From positions 157,951 to 221,950 of the forward strand of contig CAVTBV010000001.1 of NCBI GenBank assembly GCA_963733095.1: DNA of 64,000 nt. Direction: 5' to 3'. Of this stretch, positions 1 to 9,641 are shown piece by piece (position 1 is the stretch's first letter; each line of letters opens with the position of its first letter). The DNA is from Candidatus Bathyarchaeota archaeon (GTDB taxonomy: Archaea; Thermoproteota; Bathyarchaeia; Bathyarchaeales; Bathycorpusculaceae). A model generated the notes under the pieces. It worked only from the letters and a program-made list of their open reading frames with translations, was not told where the DNA came from and ran no database searches. A program made the translations under genes and the position numbers.

Positions 1-13
1 AGTCTTAGATGTC

Positions 14-1057
14 ATGCGAAAAGGACCATTAACTAACGCATTGGGCGCTGGACCAAAAGTGTTAGAGTTTGAGAGGGATTTTGCCAAAATGGCTGACGCC
101 AAACACGCTGTTGCAGTTAATTCTGGCACTGCCGCCCTACATTCAGCCGTTATGGCTGTTGGTGCAAAGCATGGAGACGAAGTTATTCTGCCCAGCTTTA
201 CTTTCGTAGCCACCGCCGAAGCCGTCGTTTTGGCAGGCGCAAAACCAGTCTTCGCGGACATCGACCCAAAAACTTACAACCTATCCCCAGAAGCAGCAGA
301 AAAAGTCATTACCAAAAAAACCAAGGCTATACTGCCCGTGGACTTGTACGGTTTTTCAGCCGACATGAAACCTCTAAAAGAGATAGCGGCAAATCATGGC
401 TTAGCGTTGGTTGAGGATGCCGCTCAAGCACATGGAACAACATATGAAGGAAAGCCCGCGGGAGCCTTTGCTGATGCTGCATGTTGGAGTCTCTACGCAA
501 GCAAAAACATGACCACAGGCGAAGGTGGAGTCGTAACGGCAAACAGCGACCAAATCGCCGAAACCCTTCGCATGATAAGGACTCATGGCGAAAAAGCCAA
601 GTACGCATCACTTATGCTGGGAACAAACTACCGCATGTCCGAAATACAAGCTGCAATAGGCAACGTGCAAATGAAAAAGTTGCCCTCATTTGTAGCTAAA
701 CGCCGCCAAAATGCTCAGCAGCTAACAAAGATTCTTGAGAAAAACAGTAGGCTCATTTTGCCCTACGAATCAAAAGATATGCTGCATAGTTGGTATCTCT
801 ATACTGCTAGGCTAAAAGATGGCGCTGAAACCGAACGCAATGGGCTTTTGCAAGAACTCAAAAATAAGGGAATTGGCGCTGAAGCATATTATGTTAACCC
901 GGTGCATCTGATGCCGTTCTACCGGGAAAACTTTGGAAGCGCCCAACTTCCCGAAACGGAAAAGGCCTCAAAGCAGGTGTTCTCGTTGCCGATTCATCCC
1001 GGAGTCACCGAAGAGCAGGTTCGTTTTATCGGAGAGACTGTTTTGAGTCTGCTATAG
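14..1057 (+). CDS. DegT/DnrJ/EryC1/StrS family PLP-dependent sugar aminotransferase (true start probably upstream of the window)
   Basis: NSGTAALH, EDAAQAHG, SLYASKNMTTGEGG (PLP lysine), GTNYRMSEIQAA; the frame is open back to the window edge. Confidence 0.93.
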   Translation: MRKGPLTNALGAGPKVLEFERDFAKMADAKHAVAVNSGTAALHSAVMAVGAKHGDEVILPSFTFVATAEAVVLAGAKPVFADIDPKTYNLSPEAAEKVITKKTKAILPVDLYGFSADMKPLKEIAANHGLALVEDAAQAHGTTYEGKPAGAFADAACWSLYASKNMTTGEGGVVTANSDQIAETLRMIRTHGEKAKYASLMLGTNYRMSEIQAAIGNVQMKKLPSFVAKRRQNAQQLTKILEKNSRLILPYESKDMLHSWYLYTARLKDGAETERNGLLQELKNKGIGAEAYYVNPVHLMPFYRENFGSAQLPETEKASKQVFSLPIHPGVTEEQVRFIGETVLSLL

Positions 1058-1150
1058 ACTATTTTGCAAAATGTGATGGAGTGTAAGAGTTAAATTGCAC
1101 TTCACGTACTATACCTTCTGATTCGCACTAGATGGTTTTCTTTAAGGGGT

Positions 1151-1546
1151 ATGAATACTTTGAGTAATGAAGAAGGCGTTTCCCGCATAAAAGTAAAGTT
1201 TCTCATCGAAGGCTTAGGGGAAGCTGAAGGTGAACTCGTCAGGTTCCTTGCACCAAGAACAATAGATTACATCGTCCGCAAACTTCCCCTCGAAGGCAGA
1301 GCGGCGCTCTGGAAAGAAGAAGTCTATTTTGAAATTCCCCTCAAGATGGGCGAGGAAAAAGCCAAGTCAACAGTTGAGGAAGGCACTATTGCTTTCTGGC
1401 CCATGGGTAGCGCCCTATGCGTCTTCTACGGCAAATCCCAACCCTACAGTCCAGTGAGCATACTGGGAAAGATTACAAGTAACCTTGAACTTTTCAAGCA
1501 AGTAAAAAGCGGCTTGACAATAAAAATCCAGTTAGTAACGGCTTAA
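1151..1546 (+). CDS. Cyclophilin-like fold protein (TM1367/DUF369 type)
   Basis: LPLEGRAALWKEEVYF, GTIAFWPMGSALCVFYG, PYSPVSILGKI. Confidence 0.8.
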   Translation: MNTLSNEEGVSRIKVKFLIEGLGEAEGELVRFLAPRTIDYIVRKLPLEGRAALWKEEVYFEIPLKMGEEKAKSTVEEGTIAFWPMGSALCVFYGKSQPYSPVSILGKITSNLELFKQVKSGLTIKIQLVTA

Positions 1547-1547
1547 C

Positions 1548-2027
1548 CTAAAAAGCAAGTGAGCTATCTCTCCATAACTCAAGCAGCCGCACACATTCTT
1601 CTTTGATATCTTTATCCTCTGTTTTCTCTTTGAGGGTTTTTAAGAATTCGATACGTTTTTCCACAGTCCGTTTTTCTGCGTTGCCGCCATAGTAGAGTTC
1701 CCCTTCTATGTACTCTTTCATTTGGTAGGCTTTTTGGATAAGCAGGCTGGCGGCATCCACGGGGTTTTCTACGGCGAACTTGTTTGCCCAGATGGCGACT
1801 TCGGTTTCTCGGAGCTGGGTTATGCCGTCGATTTCCATAATTTTGCGTATGTAAGATTGCAGAAAGTCGTAGTATCCTGCGGTTTTGATTAGTTCAAGGC
1901 TCTGGTTGACCTGCTTTCTAAACTCTGGTGTACCCTCAACTATCACGTTGTGTTTGTGTCCTTGGTCAACTAGCATTTTTGCGGTTTTTACTTCTTCAGC
2001 TGTATAAACTCTCTCTGGAAAACTCAT
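1548..2027 (-). CDS. Hypothetical protein
   Basis: 159-aa ORF with normal composition filling the gap between convergent genes. Confidence 0.7.
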   Translation of the reverse strand: MSFPERVYTAEEVKTAKMLVDQGHKHNVIVEGTPEFRKQVNQSLELIKTAGYYDFLQSYIRKIMEIDGITQLRETEVAIWANKFAVENPVDAASLLIQKAYQMKEYIEGELYYGGNAEKRTVEKRIEFLKTLKEKTEDKDIKEECVRLLELWRDSSLAF

Positions 2028-2081
2028 GAAAACAAACTCCTAATGTGAATAAAATTATTTAAAATAAATGTAGTGTTGCAG

Positions 2082-2411
2082 TTATGCTGCAGGCTTGTAG
2101 ATTTTGATGTTGTGGCTGCCAGAAACGAGTTGCACTGCACCGTTTGCTTCAAGTTGCTCAAGGAAATCTTTGGCTGCGCTGATCCGTATTCCATACCGTG
2201 TCGCAACTGCGTAAGGTGTTAAGACACCCATCTTTTTTATTTCACTCACGTTCTTTGCGTCTTTTGCATCTGGAACCATTATGCCCACAGTTGTTTTTCT
2301 TTGTGGCGGTCCAGCTTTCTCTTTTTTCTTTGCTTCTTTGGCTTTATCGTCGTCTGCCTTAACCTGTGACTTTTCCATCTGTTTTATGCCGAGCTTCTTT
2401 TTTCCACCCAT
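2082..2411 (-). CDS. rps25e: 30S ribosomal protein S25e
   Basis: MGGKKK start, Lys-rich N-terminus, winged-helix motif LTPYAVATRYGIRISAAKDFLEQLEANG. Confidence 0.88.
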   Translation of the reverse strand: MGGKKKLGIKQMEKSQVKADDDKAKEAKKKEKAGPPQRKTTVGIMVPDAKDAKNVSEIKKMGVLTPYAVATRYGIRISAAKDFLEQLEANGAVQLVSGSHNIKIYKPAA

Positions 2412-2448
2412 TATTTTTTCACTTGCCGAAACTTTTTGTTCTCAACAT

Positions 2449-3939
2449 CTAGATTGGCTGGCTTATTTCAACCTTATGTTTCTCTTTCCATTCTTTGATT
2501 GGAACGCCAAGTTTCTTTTCGACTTCAGTGCGGTGGATGGAGTTCATGGTGCAGAAGGGAATGATTCGTCCATCTGGAACAGCATAGTGGATACCGCAGC
2601 GTTGAACTCGTTCCAAGTCAAAGTTGTAGGGGTCCATGAAGTGCATGGATGAAATCATCAATGCATTTCGGGCGAAATCTCCAAGAGAACTGTAGTCGCC
2701 TGTTGTTAGAACTTTGAATACATATTTTCGTAGGAAAGAGAATTTTATGTGTCTTGCAGAGCCGGCGAGACGTATTTTGGCTTTGCTCTTGTCACCTTTT
2801 AAGGCGTCAGCGTAAACACCCTTTAGTGAACCCACGAATTTTTCAATGTTGCCGTAGCGGGTTATAGGAGTCATTTTGCCATTCTCGATGAACACAAAAG
2901 TTGCCATGCCGCAGTGCGGGTGTGTTGTAAACTCGACGTACCGCTTGCCTTTGAGTTCGCCGACGGCTTTAGAGACGGGCACGACTATTGGGACTGGATA
3001 GAAGTCTGAAGCTTTGATGTCTCCGCTTGTTTGCTCTTCAACTAGTCGCATGAAATCTGGAATAGTGATGCGCATTTTTTCTCTTTCTTGCTGTGGAAGT
3101 CTGCCGCATAGCGATACGGGCTGCACGTTGACGCATCGTATAATGTCGAAGTTTTTGGCTGCAAACTTTATGATGTCCCCGAGTTGTTGGTCGTTGACTC
3201 CTTTCACCAATGTAACTACCAAGACGATGCTGGTGTAACCTGCTTGGCGAAGGTTCTCGATAGCCTTCATTTTTGTTTCGAGTAGGTCTAAGCCGCGGAT
3301 AAACTTGTAAACTTCAGGTGTTAAACCGTCGAACTGCAGATAAATTGTGCTTACGCCGGCTGCCTTTATTTTTTTGGCGTATTCAGGGTCAGCTGCAATG
3401 CGCACGCCGTTTGTGTTGACTTCCACATGTTTGAAGCCGATTTCTTTTGCTTTTCGAACGAAATCAAAAAGCTCTTCGCGTATAGTTGGTTCTCCACCGG
3501 AAAACTGCAACGCTGTTGCAGGGACAGGCTTGTTGCTATGAAGGTTCTCCAGCATACCTGTAACCTGCTCTGCCGTTGGCTCATACACATATCCTGCTGC
3601 GGATGCGTTAGCGAAGCAGACCGGACACTTCAGGTTACAACGGTTTGTAATGTCGATGATTGCAAGGGAAGTGTGGGATTTGTGTTCGGGGCAGATTCCG
3701 CAGTCGTAGGGGCAACCATGCTTTTTCTCGGTGCGTGGGTTCTCCATTCCTGTTCCGTCAAAACGGAATTTTTCTGCACGCATGTATTGGTCGTAGTCTG
3801 ACCAGTAAAGTTCTTGGAAAGCTCCGTGTTCAGGGCAATCTTTTTTTATGAAGACTTGGCCGTTGTCTTCGTAGATGGTTGCATCTATTGCCTTTAGGCA
3901 TTCGGGACATATACTCCTTGTAGGTTTGATATCTTTCAT
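2449..3939 (-). CDS. tes: Tetraether lipid synthase Tes / GDGT-MAS (MJ0619-family radical SAM enzyme)
   Basis: N-terminal CPEC..CPEHG, CPYDCGICPEH, radical SAM CNLKCPVC, FSGGEPT, C-terminal MHFMDPYNFD..RCGIHY..IIPFC; ATG at 3939 preferred to the TTG at 3990. Confidence 0.88.
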   Translation of the reverse strand: MKDIKPTRSICPECLKAIDATIYEDNGQVFIKKDCPEHGAFQELYWSDYDQYMRAEKFRFDGTGMENPRTEKKHGCPYDCGICPEHKSHTSLAIIDITNRCNLKCPVCFANASAAGYVYEPTAEQVTGMLENLHSNKPVPATALQFSGGEPTIREELFDFVRKAKEIGFKHVEVNTNGVRIAADPEYAKKIKAAGVSTIYLQFDGLTPEVYKFIRGLDLLETKMKAIENLRQAGYTSIVLVVTLVKGVNDQQLGDIIKFAAKNFDIIRCVNVQPVSLCGRLPQQEREKMRITIPDFMRLVEEQTSGDIKASDFYPVPIVVPVSKAVGELKGKRYVEFTTHPHCGMATFVFIENGKMTPITRYGNIEKFVGSLKGVYADALKGDKSKAKIRLAGSARHIKFSFLRKYVFKVLTTGDYSSLGDFARNALMISSMHFMDPYNFDLERVQRCGIHYAVPDGRIIPFCTMNSIHRTEVEKKLGVPIKEWKEKHKVEISQPI

Positions 3940-4042
3940 TACATTTGCCTTCTTGCATGTAAGCGTTAATTTCGAATTGCTTAAGAGCAAAGTTATGATA
4001 ATAAGGTTTCCAAACGTTTCCTAAGGTGATTGAGGGGAAAAG

Positions 4043-4795
4043 ATGGCTATTAACGAGGATACAAGGACTGCCTTGCGCGAAATGGGCTTAAACGCCTACG
4101 AAATCGACGCTTTCATAGTGCTACTGGAAGGCGGGCAAATGACAGCTATGGAGATAAGCCAACAAGCTCCCGTGCCCTACAGCAAAATGTATGAGGTCCT
4201 AAACTCGCTTAAAGAAAAGGGCTGGATAAAAAGTAGCGAAACCCGACCCTTCAAATACTACCCCGTGCCGCCCCTTGAGGCAACCCGATTCAACAAACTA
4301 AGATTAGAAGACAAGTATCTCAACTGGGAAAACACCATAGCCGAAAACCTCCAACCCCTCTACGAAAAACGCGAACTCATCGAACGCCCCGACATGCTGA
4401 TTCTGCGGGGACAACAAGCCGTCTTAGCAAAGCTTGGAGAAGTCCTCAAAAAGGCATCCCTAGAAATCATGATTGCCGCGCCAGAATTCGCCAAACCCGT
4501 AATTACGTTGGCGGAACCTTTATTGAGCAGCGGCTTAAAGAAAACTGTCAATGTTAAGTTGATGGCAGCTGGAAGAAAGGACGATTGGTTTTTCCTCAAG
4601 AAATTTCCAGGATTAAGCGAACTGAGAATCCGCGACCACATGTTTGGCGGCGGCGTAATTGCTGACGGCAAAGAAGCAATGCTGTTTCTGGGCGAAGATA
4701 AACCGACTCTTGTCATCTGGAGTAACCATGTCGGTTTAGTGGGGTTTGCACGGGAATACTTCCAGTTCCTATGGGACTCCTCAGCAACCGCATAG
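4043..4795 (+). CDS. TrmB family transcriptional regulator
   Basis: N-terminal HTH (GLNAYEIDAF..TAMEIS..VPYSKMYEVLNSLKEKGWI..RPFKYYPVPP) plus PLD-like effector domain. Confidence 0.9.
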   Translation: MAINEDTRTALREMGLNAYEIDAFIVLLEGGQMTAMEISQQAPVPYSKMYEVLNSLKEKGWIKSSETRPFKYYPVPPLEATRFNKLRLEDKYLNWENTIAENLQPLYEKRELIERPDMLILRGQQAVLAKLGEVLKKASLEIMIAAPEFAKPVITLAEPLLSSGLKKTVNVKLMAAGRKDDWFFLKKFPGLSELRIRDHMFGGGVIADGKEAMLFLGEDKPTLVIWSNHVGLVGFAREYFQFLWDSSATA

Positions 4796-5013
4796 TCTGT
4801 CTATTAGTCTCAGAGCGAGATAACCTGTTTTTTTGCCAATGGAGTACAATCAGCGAAGCGACAAATACCAGGAGCCAATAAAAAGCCAGAAAAGTCTAAA
4901 AGGCTAAATTCCATTTCCAATAGAAAAACAAAGCCTACAAAAACCTTGAACTCGGAATTCATTAAAAAAACAAAAAAGAAGAAAGGGAGAAATGTGTTAA
5001 GTTATGAACTTAC

Positions 5014-5235
5014 TTATTTTCCCATGATTTTTCTAGCGGCGATTTCTATGTCTTCCGCTTTGATGGTTTTTCTTCCAGCATGCATCGCAAAATCGAGTGC
5101 TTCTTTGGCGATTTTTACGCCGATTTCTTCAAGTGCCTTTGCGAGTTCTTTTGCTGCTGCTTCGCTTACTCTGTCAGCGCCTGCTTTTTTGCATAATCTG
5201 TGCATGGGAGCTACGGCTATTTCTAATTCAGTCAT
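5014..5235 (-). CDS. Archaeal histone (HMf family)
   Basis: [31 protein letters not shown] histone-fold signature. Confidence 0.95.
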   Translation of the reverse strand: MTELEIAVAPMHRLCKKAGADRVSEAAAKELAKALEEIGVKIAKEALDFAMHAGRKTIKAEDIEIAARKIMGK

Positions 5236-5384
5236 ATCGACATCTCTATAGCCTCTTTTTCTCTTTAAGCCAATATTTAACCTTTGTTATCGCTTTTTTC
5301 CCTAAATAACCCGCAACCACAAAGCACTATTTAAGGAAAGAAAAATTATAAAACCTTCAAGCCTGACTATAGCGCTGAGAAACA

Positions 5385-6158
5385 ATGAAACTAATAGACG
5401 CACACGTTCACCTCTCTGACACAGAATACAGCGGCCACATCGACGAATTAATAGCGGATGCAAAAAATGCCGGCGTAACCGCGTTAGTAACCAATTCAAT
5501 GGACCTAAAAACATGCCAAAACGACATTAAACTATCCACGCAATACCCAAACCTTGTGTACCCCGCCCTCGGAATTCACCCATGGAACGTAAATGTCCTT
5601 AAAGAAAATGAACTCCAAGAAACCATAGACTTCATCCAAAAGCACAGAGACGTCGTTAAAGCAATCGGCGAAATCGGCTTAGACTACAAGTACGAAACCA
5701 TCTGGGAACAACAAACAATGGTTTTCGACAAGATGCTTCACCTCGCAGAAACGCTAGATTTGCCCGTTATCATTCACTCACGTGGAACCACCGACAAAAT
5801 CGTCGAAATGCTCCCATCCTACAACCTCAAACGAGTGTTGCTACACTGGTTTAGCCACCCCATGAGCGCCCTAGCCAAGGCATTAGACAATGGCTACTTC
5901 ATAACCGAAGGACCACCCGCAACCTACTCAAACGGCATCCGCGAAGTCGTAGAAAAAACCCCAATAACCAACCTGTTAACAGAAACAGACGGCCCAGTCA
6001 CCTACTGGAAACAACCCTTCAACGGACAATTAACTAAACCCTCCTACATACGCAACGTTGTTGTTGCAGTGGCAGAAATTAAAAAGATGCAGACAGAAGA
6101 GGTTGCTGAACAGATAATCAATAATTTTGAGGCATTCTTCAACATAAGACTAAACTAA
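5385..6158 (+). CDS. tatD: TatD family nuclease
   Basis: DAHVHL, GIHPW, AIGEIGLDY, PVIIHSR, LLTETDGP. Confidence 0.95.
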   Translation: MKLIDAHVHLSDTEYSGHIDELIADAKNAGVTALVTNSMDLKTCQNDIKLSTQYPNLVYPALGIHPWNVNVLKENELQETIDFIQKHRDVVKAIGEIGLDYKYETIWEQQTMVFDKMLHLAETLDLPVIIHSRGTTDKIVEMLPSYNLKRVLLHWFSHPMSALAKALDNGYFITEGPPATYSNGIREVVEKTPITNLLTETDGPVTYWKQPFNGQLTKPSYIRNVVVAVAEIKKMQTEEVAEQIINNFEAFFNIRLN

Positions 6159-6320
6159 AAAGTTCACCTTTTTCTCCACCTTTCACCTCAGAGCTTATCG
6201 GTAACTTAATTCTCAGCTTTAAGGCGTAAACTTAAATTAAGCCTATCATCTATTGACAGTTGCTTCTACGCTTTTGAACGTAGGAGAAAAAAGTAACTAA
6301 GAATATCGGAGGAATACTAC

Positions 6321-6557
6321 CTGGGAAAAGTAAAGACTGATCAGATCAAAAAGCTGGGCAAAGAACTAATGGCTCGCTTTCCAAGTAAATTCAACACTAG
6401 CTTTGATGAGAACAAACTTGCAGTTGACGAGCTAACCAAAGGCGCTACAACACGAGTTAGGAACCAGACTGCAGGCTACATAACTAGGACGCTCGCATTA
6501 GCTCAAGCTAACTCAGAAGATGAATCTGACCTCGAAGAACAAGAAGAAATGGCATAA
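6321..6557 (+). CDS. rps17e: 30S ribosomal protein S17e (probable CTG start)
   Basis: In-frame extension of the 6369 ORF gives GKVKTDQIKKLGKELMARFPSKFNTSFDENK..VRNQTAGYITR; GGAGGA at 6308-6313 precedes CTG at 6321. Confidence 0.9.
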   Translation: MGKVKTDQIKKLGKELMARFPSKFNTSFDENKLAVDELTKGATTRVRNQTAGYITRTLALAQANSEDESDLEEQEEMA

Positions 6558-6576
6558 TAATCTGGAAATAACCCTT

Positions 6577-6957
6577 ATGATGGATGAGTACAGGAAAGGT
6601 TGGGCACTTAGGTACCTTCGGGAAGCCAAAGCTGAGCTAGAAGCAGCCCGAAAAATCCCCTATATGGCACCAAGCTTAGTCGTCGAAGCAATCCGAAAAG
6701 CCCGAAACGCTATTTATTACAGCCTCGGCGAACCAGCCTTCATCGAAATACTCATCCGCGAAGAAGTAACCAAAATCCCCACCACCAACGATTCTGTTTT
6801 AAGATTTTTAATCGAAATAGAAACCATTGTGCAGCAGATTTCGCAGCTTGAAGAAGTCAACGGCGACGCCATGATGAAACAGGCGGATTCAATTGTTGAC
6901 ATCGCAACCGACATCGTCGAAACCCTAACCCAAGAAAAACTCGAAAGTTTCAGCTAA
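6577..6957 (+). CDS. Hypothetical all-helical protein, weakly HEPN-like
   Basis: WALRYLREAKAELEAA helix resembles HEPN N-termini; no clear catalytic motif. Confidence 0.6.
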   Translation: MMDEYRKGWALRYLREAKAELEAARKIPYMAPSLVVEAIRKARNAIYYSLGEPAFIEILIREEVTKIPTTNDSVLRFLIEIETIVQQISQLEEVNGDAMMKQADSIVDIATDIVETLTQEKLESFS

Positions 6958-7003
6958 ATTTTTAACAATTCACTTATCTATTAATGTTACGAGTGGAGAA
7001 TAA

Positions 7004-7288
7004 TTGTCTTTAACAGTAAAATTCATTGGTGCGCTACGTCACATTTCAGGAAAAAAACAATTTGCCATCTCATTCCATGACGACATTTCCATAAAACAAT
7101 TGATCGAAAAAATAATCCAAGACATGCCAGAGTTAAAACACACCTTCAGCGACCAAGAACTCAACGATTCAAGGTCAAACTCACTCATACTGGTTAACGG
7201 CAGGGAAATCAGCGTGTTAGAGGGATATGAAACTAAACTATGCGGCGGGGACGAAATTGTTTTTGTTCCAGTTGTGCATGGCGGTTAA
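7004..7288 (+). CDS. MoaD/ThiS/SAMP ubiquitin-like protein
   Basis: ILVNGREI..GDEIVFVPVVHGG with C-terminal GG. Confidence 0.92.
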   Translation: MSLTVKFIGALRHISGKKQFAISFHDDISIKQLIEKIIQDMPELKHTFSDQELNDSRSNSLILVNGREISVLEGYETKLCGGDEIVFVPVVHGG

Positions 7289-7294
7289 GAATCT

Positions 7295-8068
7295 ATGATT
7301 ACTTTGACTAGTGATTTTGGGTTAAAAGACCCATATGTTGCTGAAATGAAGGGTGTCATCTTAACTGTAAACCCGAATGCTACCATAGTTGACATAACTC
7401 ACGGAGTTGAGAAATTCAATATTCGAATGGGTGTTTTTATGTTAGCTTCGGCTGCTCCGTACTTTCCCAAAGGCACCGTGCATTTGGCTGTTGTGGACCC
7501 GGGTGTTGGAACTGAGAGGCGCGGCATTTTAGTGCAGACTAAGCAGGGCTTTTTTATTGGGCCAGACAACGGTGTTTTGATGTTAGCTGCCCAAAACCTT
7601 GGAATTGAACACGTATATGAGCTAACAAATCCCGCGTTCATGCTACCGAAGGTTTCCAGCACTTTTCATGGACGGGACGTATTTGCGCCTGCCGCGGCAA
7701 ACTTGGATATGGGCGTGCATCCTTATGAGTTTGGACACGAAATAAGCGATGCAGTCCTTCCCGAGTTCGCATTCGTAAAACAAACAAACGGCACCAAATC
7801 CGGGGAAGTATTGCACATAGACAGCTTCGGCAACATAATCACAAACCTAAACCAAAAAGAAATGGCCCAATTCAACTTAATCAGCGTAAAACTCCAAAAT
7901 CTTTCACTAAATCTCACTTTAGGTGAGACTTACACGCAAGCCAAACCAGATGAACCCATAGCATTGATAGGTGGTCATGGCTTTTTGGAAATTGCCTTAA
8001 ATCAAGCGAGTGCAGCCGAAAAATACCGGGTGAAAGCGGGAGACAAAGTTGAAGTTAAGGCTGCATAA
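7295..8068 (+). CDS. SAM hydroxide adenosyltransferase (DUF62 family)
   Basis: ITLTSDFG, VVDPGVGTER, GPDNG, STFHGRDVFAP, HIDSFGN. Confidence 0.93.
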   Translation: MITLTSDFGLKDPYVAEMKGVILTVNPNATIVDITHGVEKFNIRMGVFMLASAAPYFPKGTVHLAVVDPGVGTERRGILVQTKQGFFIGPDNGVLMLAAQNLGIEHVYELTNPAFMLPKVSSTFHGRDVFAPAAANLDMGVHPYEFGHEISDAVLPEFAFVKQTNGTKSGEVLHIDSFGNIITNLNQKEMAQFNLISVKLQNLSLNLTLGETYTQAKPDEPIALIGGHGFLEIALNQASAAEKYRVKAGDKVEVKAA

Positions 8069-9059
8069 AGTCGGGTTGGTTAACTTTTATTTTTTCCACG
8101 ACTTTCTCGATGGCATCAACGGGGTTCTCTAACTCTGCAAGTTTCTCTTTTATCTCGAATCTTTTGCCCAAATATTTCTTGGCGTAGTCAAGTACTCGTT
8201 GCTCAGAAGTGATGAATAATGGAAAACCTTTTTGCGTCAAATACTTGTTGACATAGGTCTTTGCCATATCAGAGATTGCTACGCTGGGTATACCTTGCAA
8301 TGCAGCTTCCCTAGCGATTGTTCCACCATAGCTGATTACTAAGTCAGCGTTCGCAACTAAATTGGCTGAATCTTCAAAGGAGGCTTTTATTCCAAAACTG
8401 TTGCCCTTCTGGTTGTACCGCTCGATTAAATGGACGTTTCCAAATTCGGCAAGTGCTTCCATCAAGGATTTTGCGTTATCTTGCTTTCCTCCTGCATAAG
8501 CCGCTTTGGTCTCAATCTGCCTAACAACAATCAGGGGCTTCTTTAAACCAGCAATTTTTGACGGCTTAAAACCCTTGATCCATGCGACCTCATCTACTCC
8601 TCTAAAGGAAACAACGTTTTTGGCGCAGTAGCTTCTCGTGAAACTCTTCGGCAAAGCCTCTGAAACGACTACTGTGTGAGCAAAGGGAATTGTTAATCTG
8701 TTTGTTGCTAAAGCGTGGGGTGTGTCGGCGGTCAAGATTATGGGAATCCCTAAGCCGAAGGCTGTGCGGCAGAGCTCTACTGATTGGTGTGCTATTGCGA
8801 TGTCGGGCAGGTTGTCTTTGAAGAGTTTTGAGAACCGTATTATTCGTTCGGCGCTCTCTTCAAGCCTTGAGGTAAGCCTGGAGGGGTTGTATTTGCCGAC
8901 TACGATCGGTTTTTCGCCCAGGATTTTGGCAAGAGGTATTGTGTCCGGGTGTTCTCGGGTTGTGAAGATAAATTCATGTCCTGCTTTTCTTAGACTTTTC
9001 CCAATTGCAGCACCGTATCGGGTGTGTTTGCCTGTGCAGGCGTCGTACCAGATTTTCAT
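8055..9059 (-). CDS. DUF354 family GT-B-like protein
   Basis: MKIWYD..KH start, GGTIAREAALQGIP near the C-terminus. Confidence 0.82.
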   Translation of the reverse strand: MKIWYDACTGKHTRYGAAIGKSLRKAGHEFIFTTREHPDTIPLAKILGEKPIVVGKYNPSRLTSRLEESAERIIRFSKLFKDNLPDIAIAHQSVELCRTAFGLGIPIILTADTPHALATNRLTIPFAHTVVVSEALPKSFTRSYCAKNVVSFRGVDEVAWIKGFKPSKIAGLKKPLIVVRQIETKAAYAGGKQDNAKSLMEALAEFGNVHLIERYNQKGNSFGIKASFEDSANLVANADLVISYGGTIAREAALQGIPSVAISDMAKTYVNKYLTQKGFPLFITSEQRVLDYAKKYLGKRFEIKEKLAELENPVDAIEKVVEKIKVNQPDFMQP

Positions 9060-9568
9060 TGCTGCACCTTTCTTTGTGCCGCTATAAAGGCGTCGCGTTT
9101 AGCTTTATATGATTCCAAAGACATTACTTTTTTAGCGGGTGCTCCAGCCACAACAATTTCTGGCGGCACATCTTTAGTTACGACGCTTCCTCCGCCAACC
9201 ACAGCTTTTTCTCCTATCGTAACATTGGGTAGTATGGTGACTCCTCCGCCAATTGCCGCGCCATCTTTTATGATTGGCGGATTCAAGAAGTTGCTTTTTG
9301 GGTACTTGTCGTTTAGGAGGCTGCTGTTTGGAGCGATGAAAACGTTGTCTCCAAGGACACAGCCGTTGGATATTGTTACGTGTGCTTGGATGTTACAGTT
9401 TTTACCTAAAGTTACATTTTTGCCTATGTCACAGAAGCTACCGATAAGGGAACCGTCGCCGATTTTTGTGCCATCACCAATCACAACGTAGTTCCAGATG
9501 GAAACGTCTTTGCCTATTTCCACGTTGGCTCCAGTCACTATGCCCGTGCCTTTCTTTGGATTCTGCAT
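9056..9568 (-). CDS. Hexapeptide-repeat sugar N-acyltransferase (WbpD-like)
   Basis: Left-handed beta-helix repeats, LLNDKYP, VVTKDVP..VAGAPA. Confidence 0.9.
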   Translation of the reverse strand: MQNPKKGTGIVTGANVEIGKDVSIWNYVVIGDGTKIGDGSLIGSFCDIGKNVTLGKNCNIQAHVTISNGCVLGDNVFIAPNSSLLNDKYPKSNFLNPPIIKDGAAIGGGVTILPNVTIGEKAVVGGGSVVTKDVPPEIVVAGAPAKKVMSLESYKAKRDAFIAAQRKVQQ

Positions 9569-9641
9569 AGCTTGACCTTTCGGGCTCCAGATTTAAATAG
9601 TTTAACACTTTACTTGATTTTCCAACTGTGGAGGCATCCCT

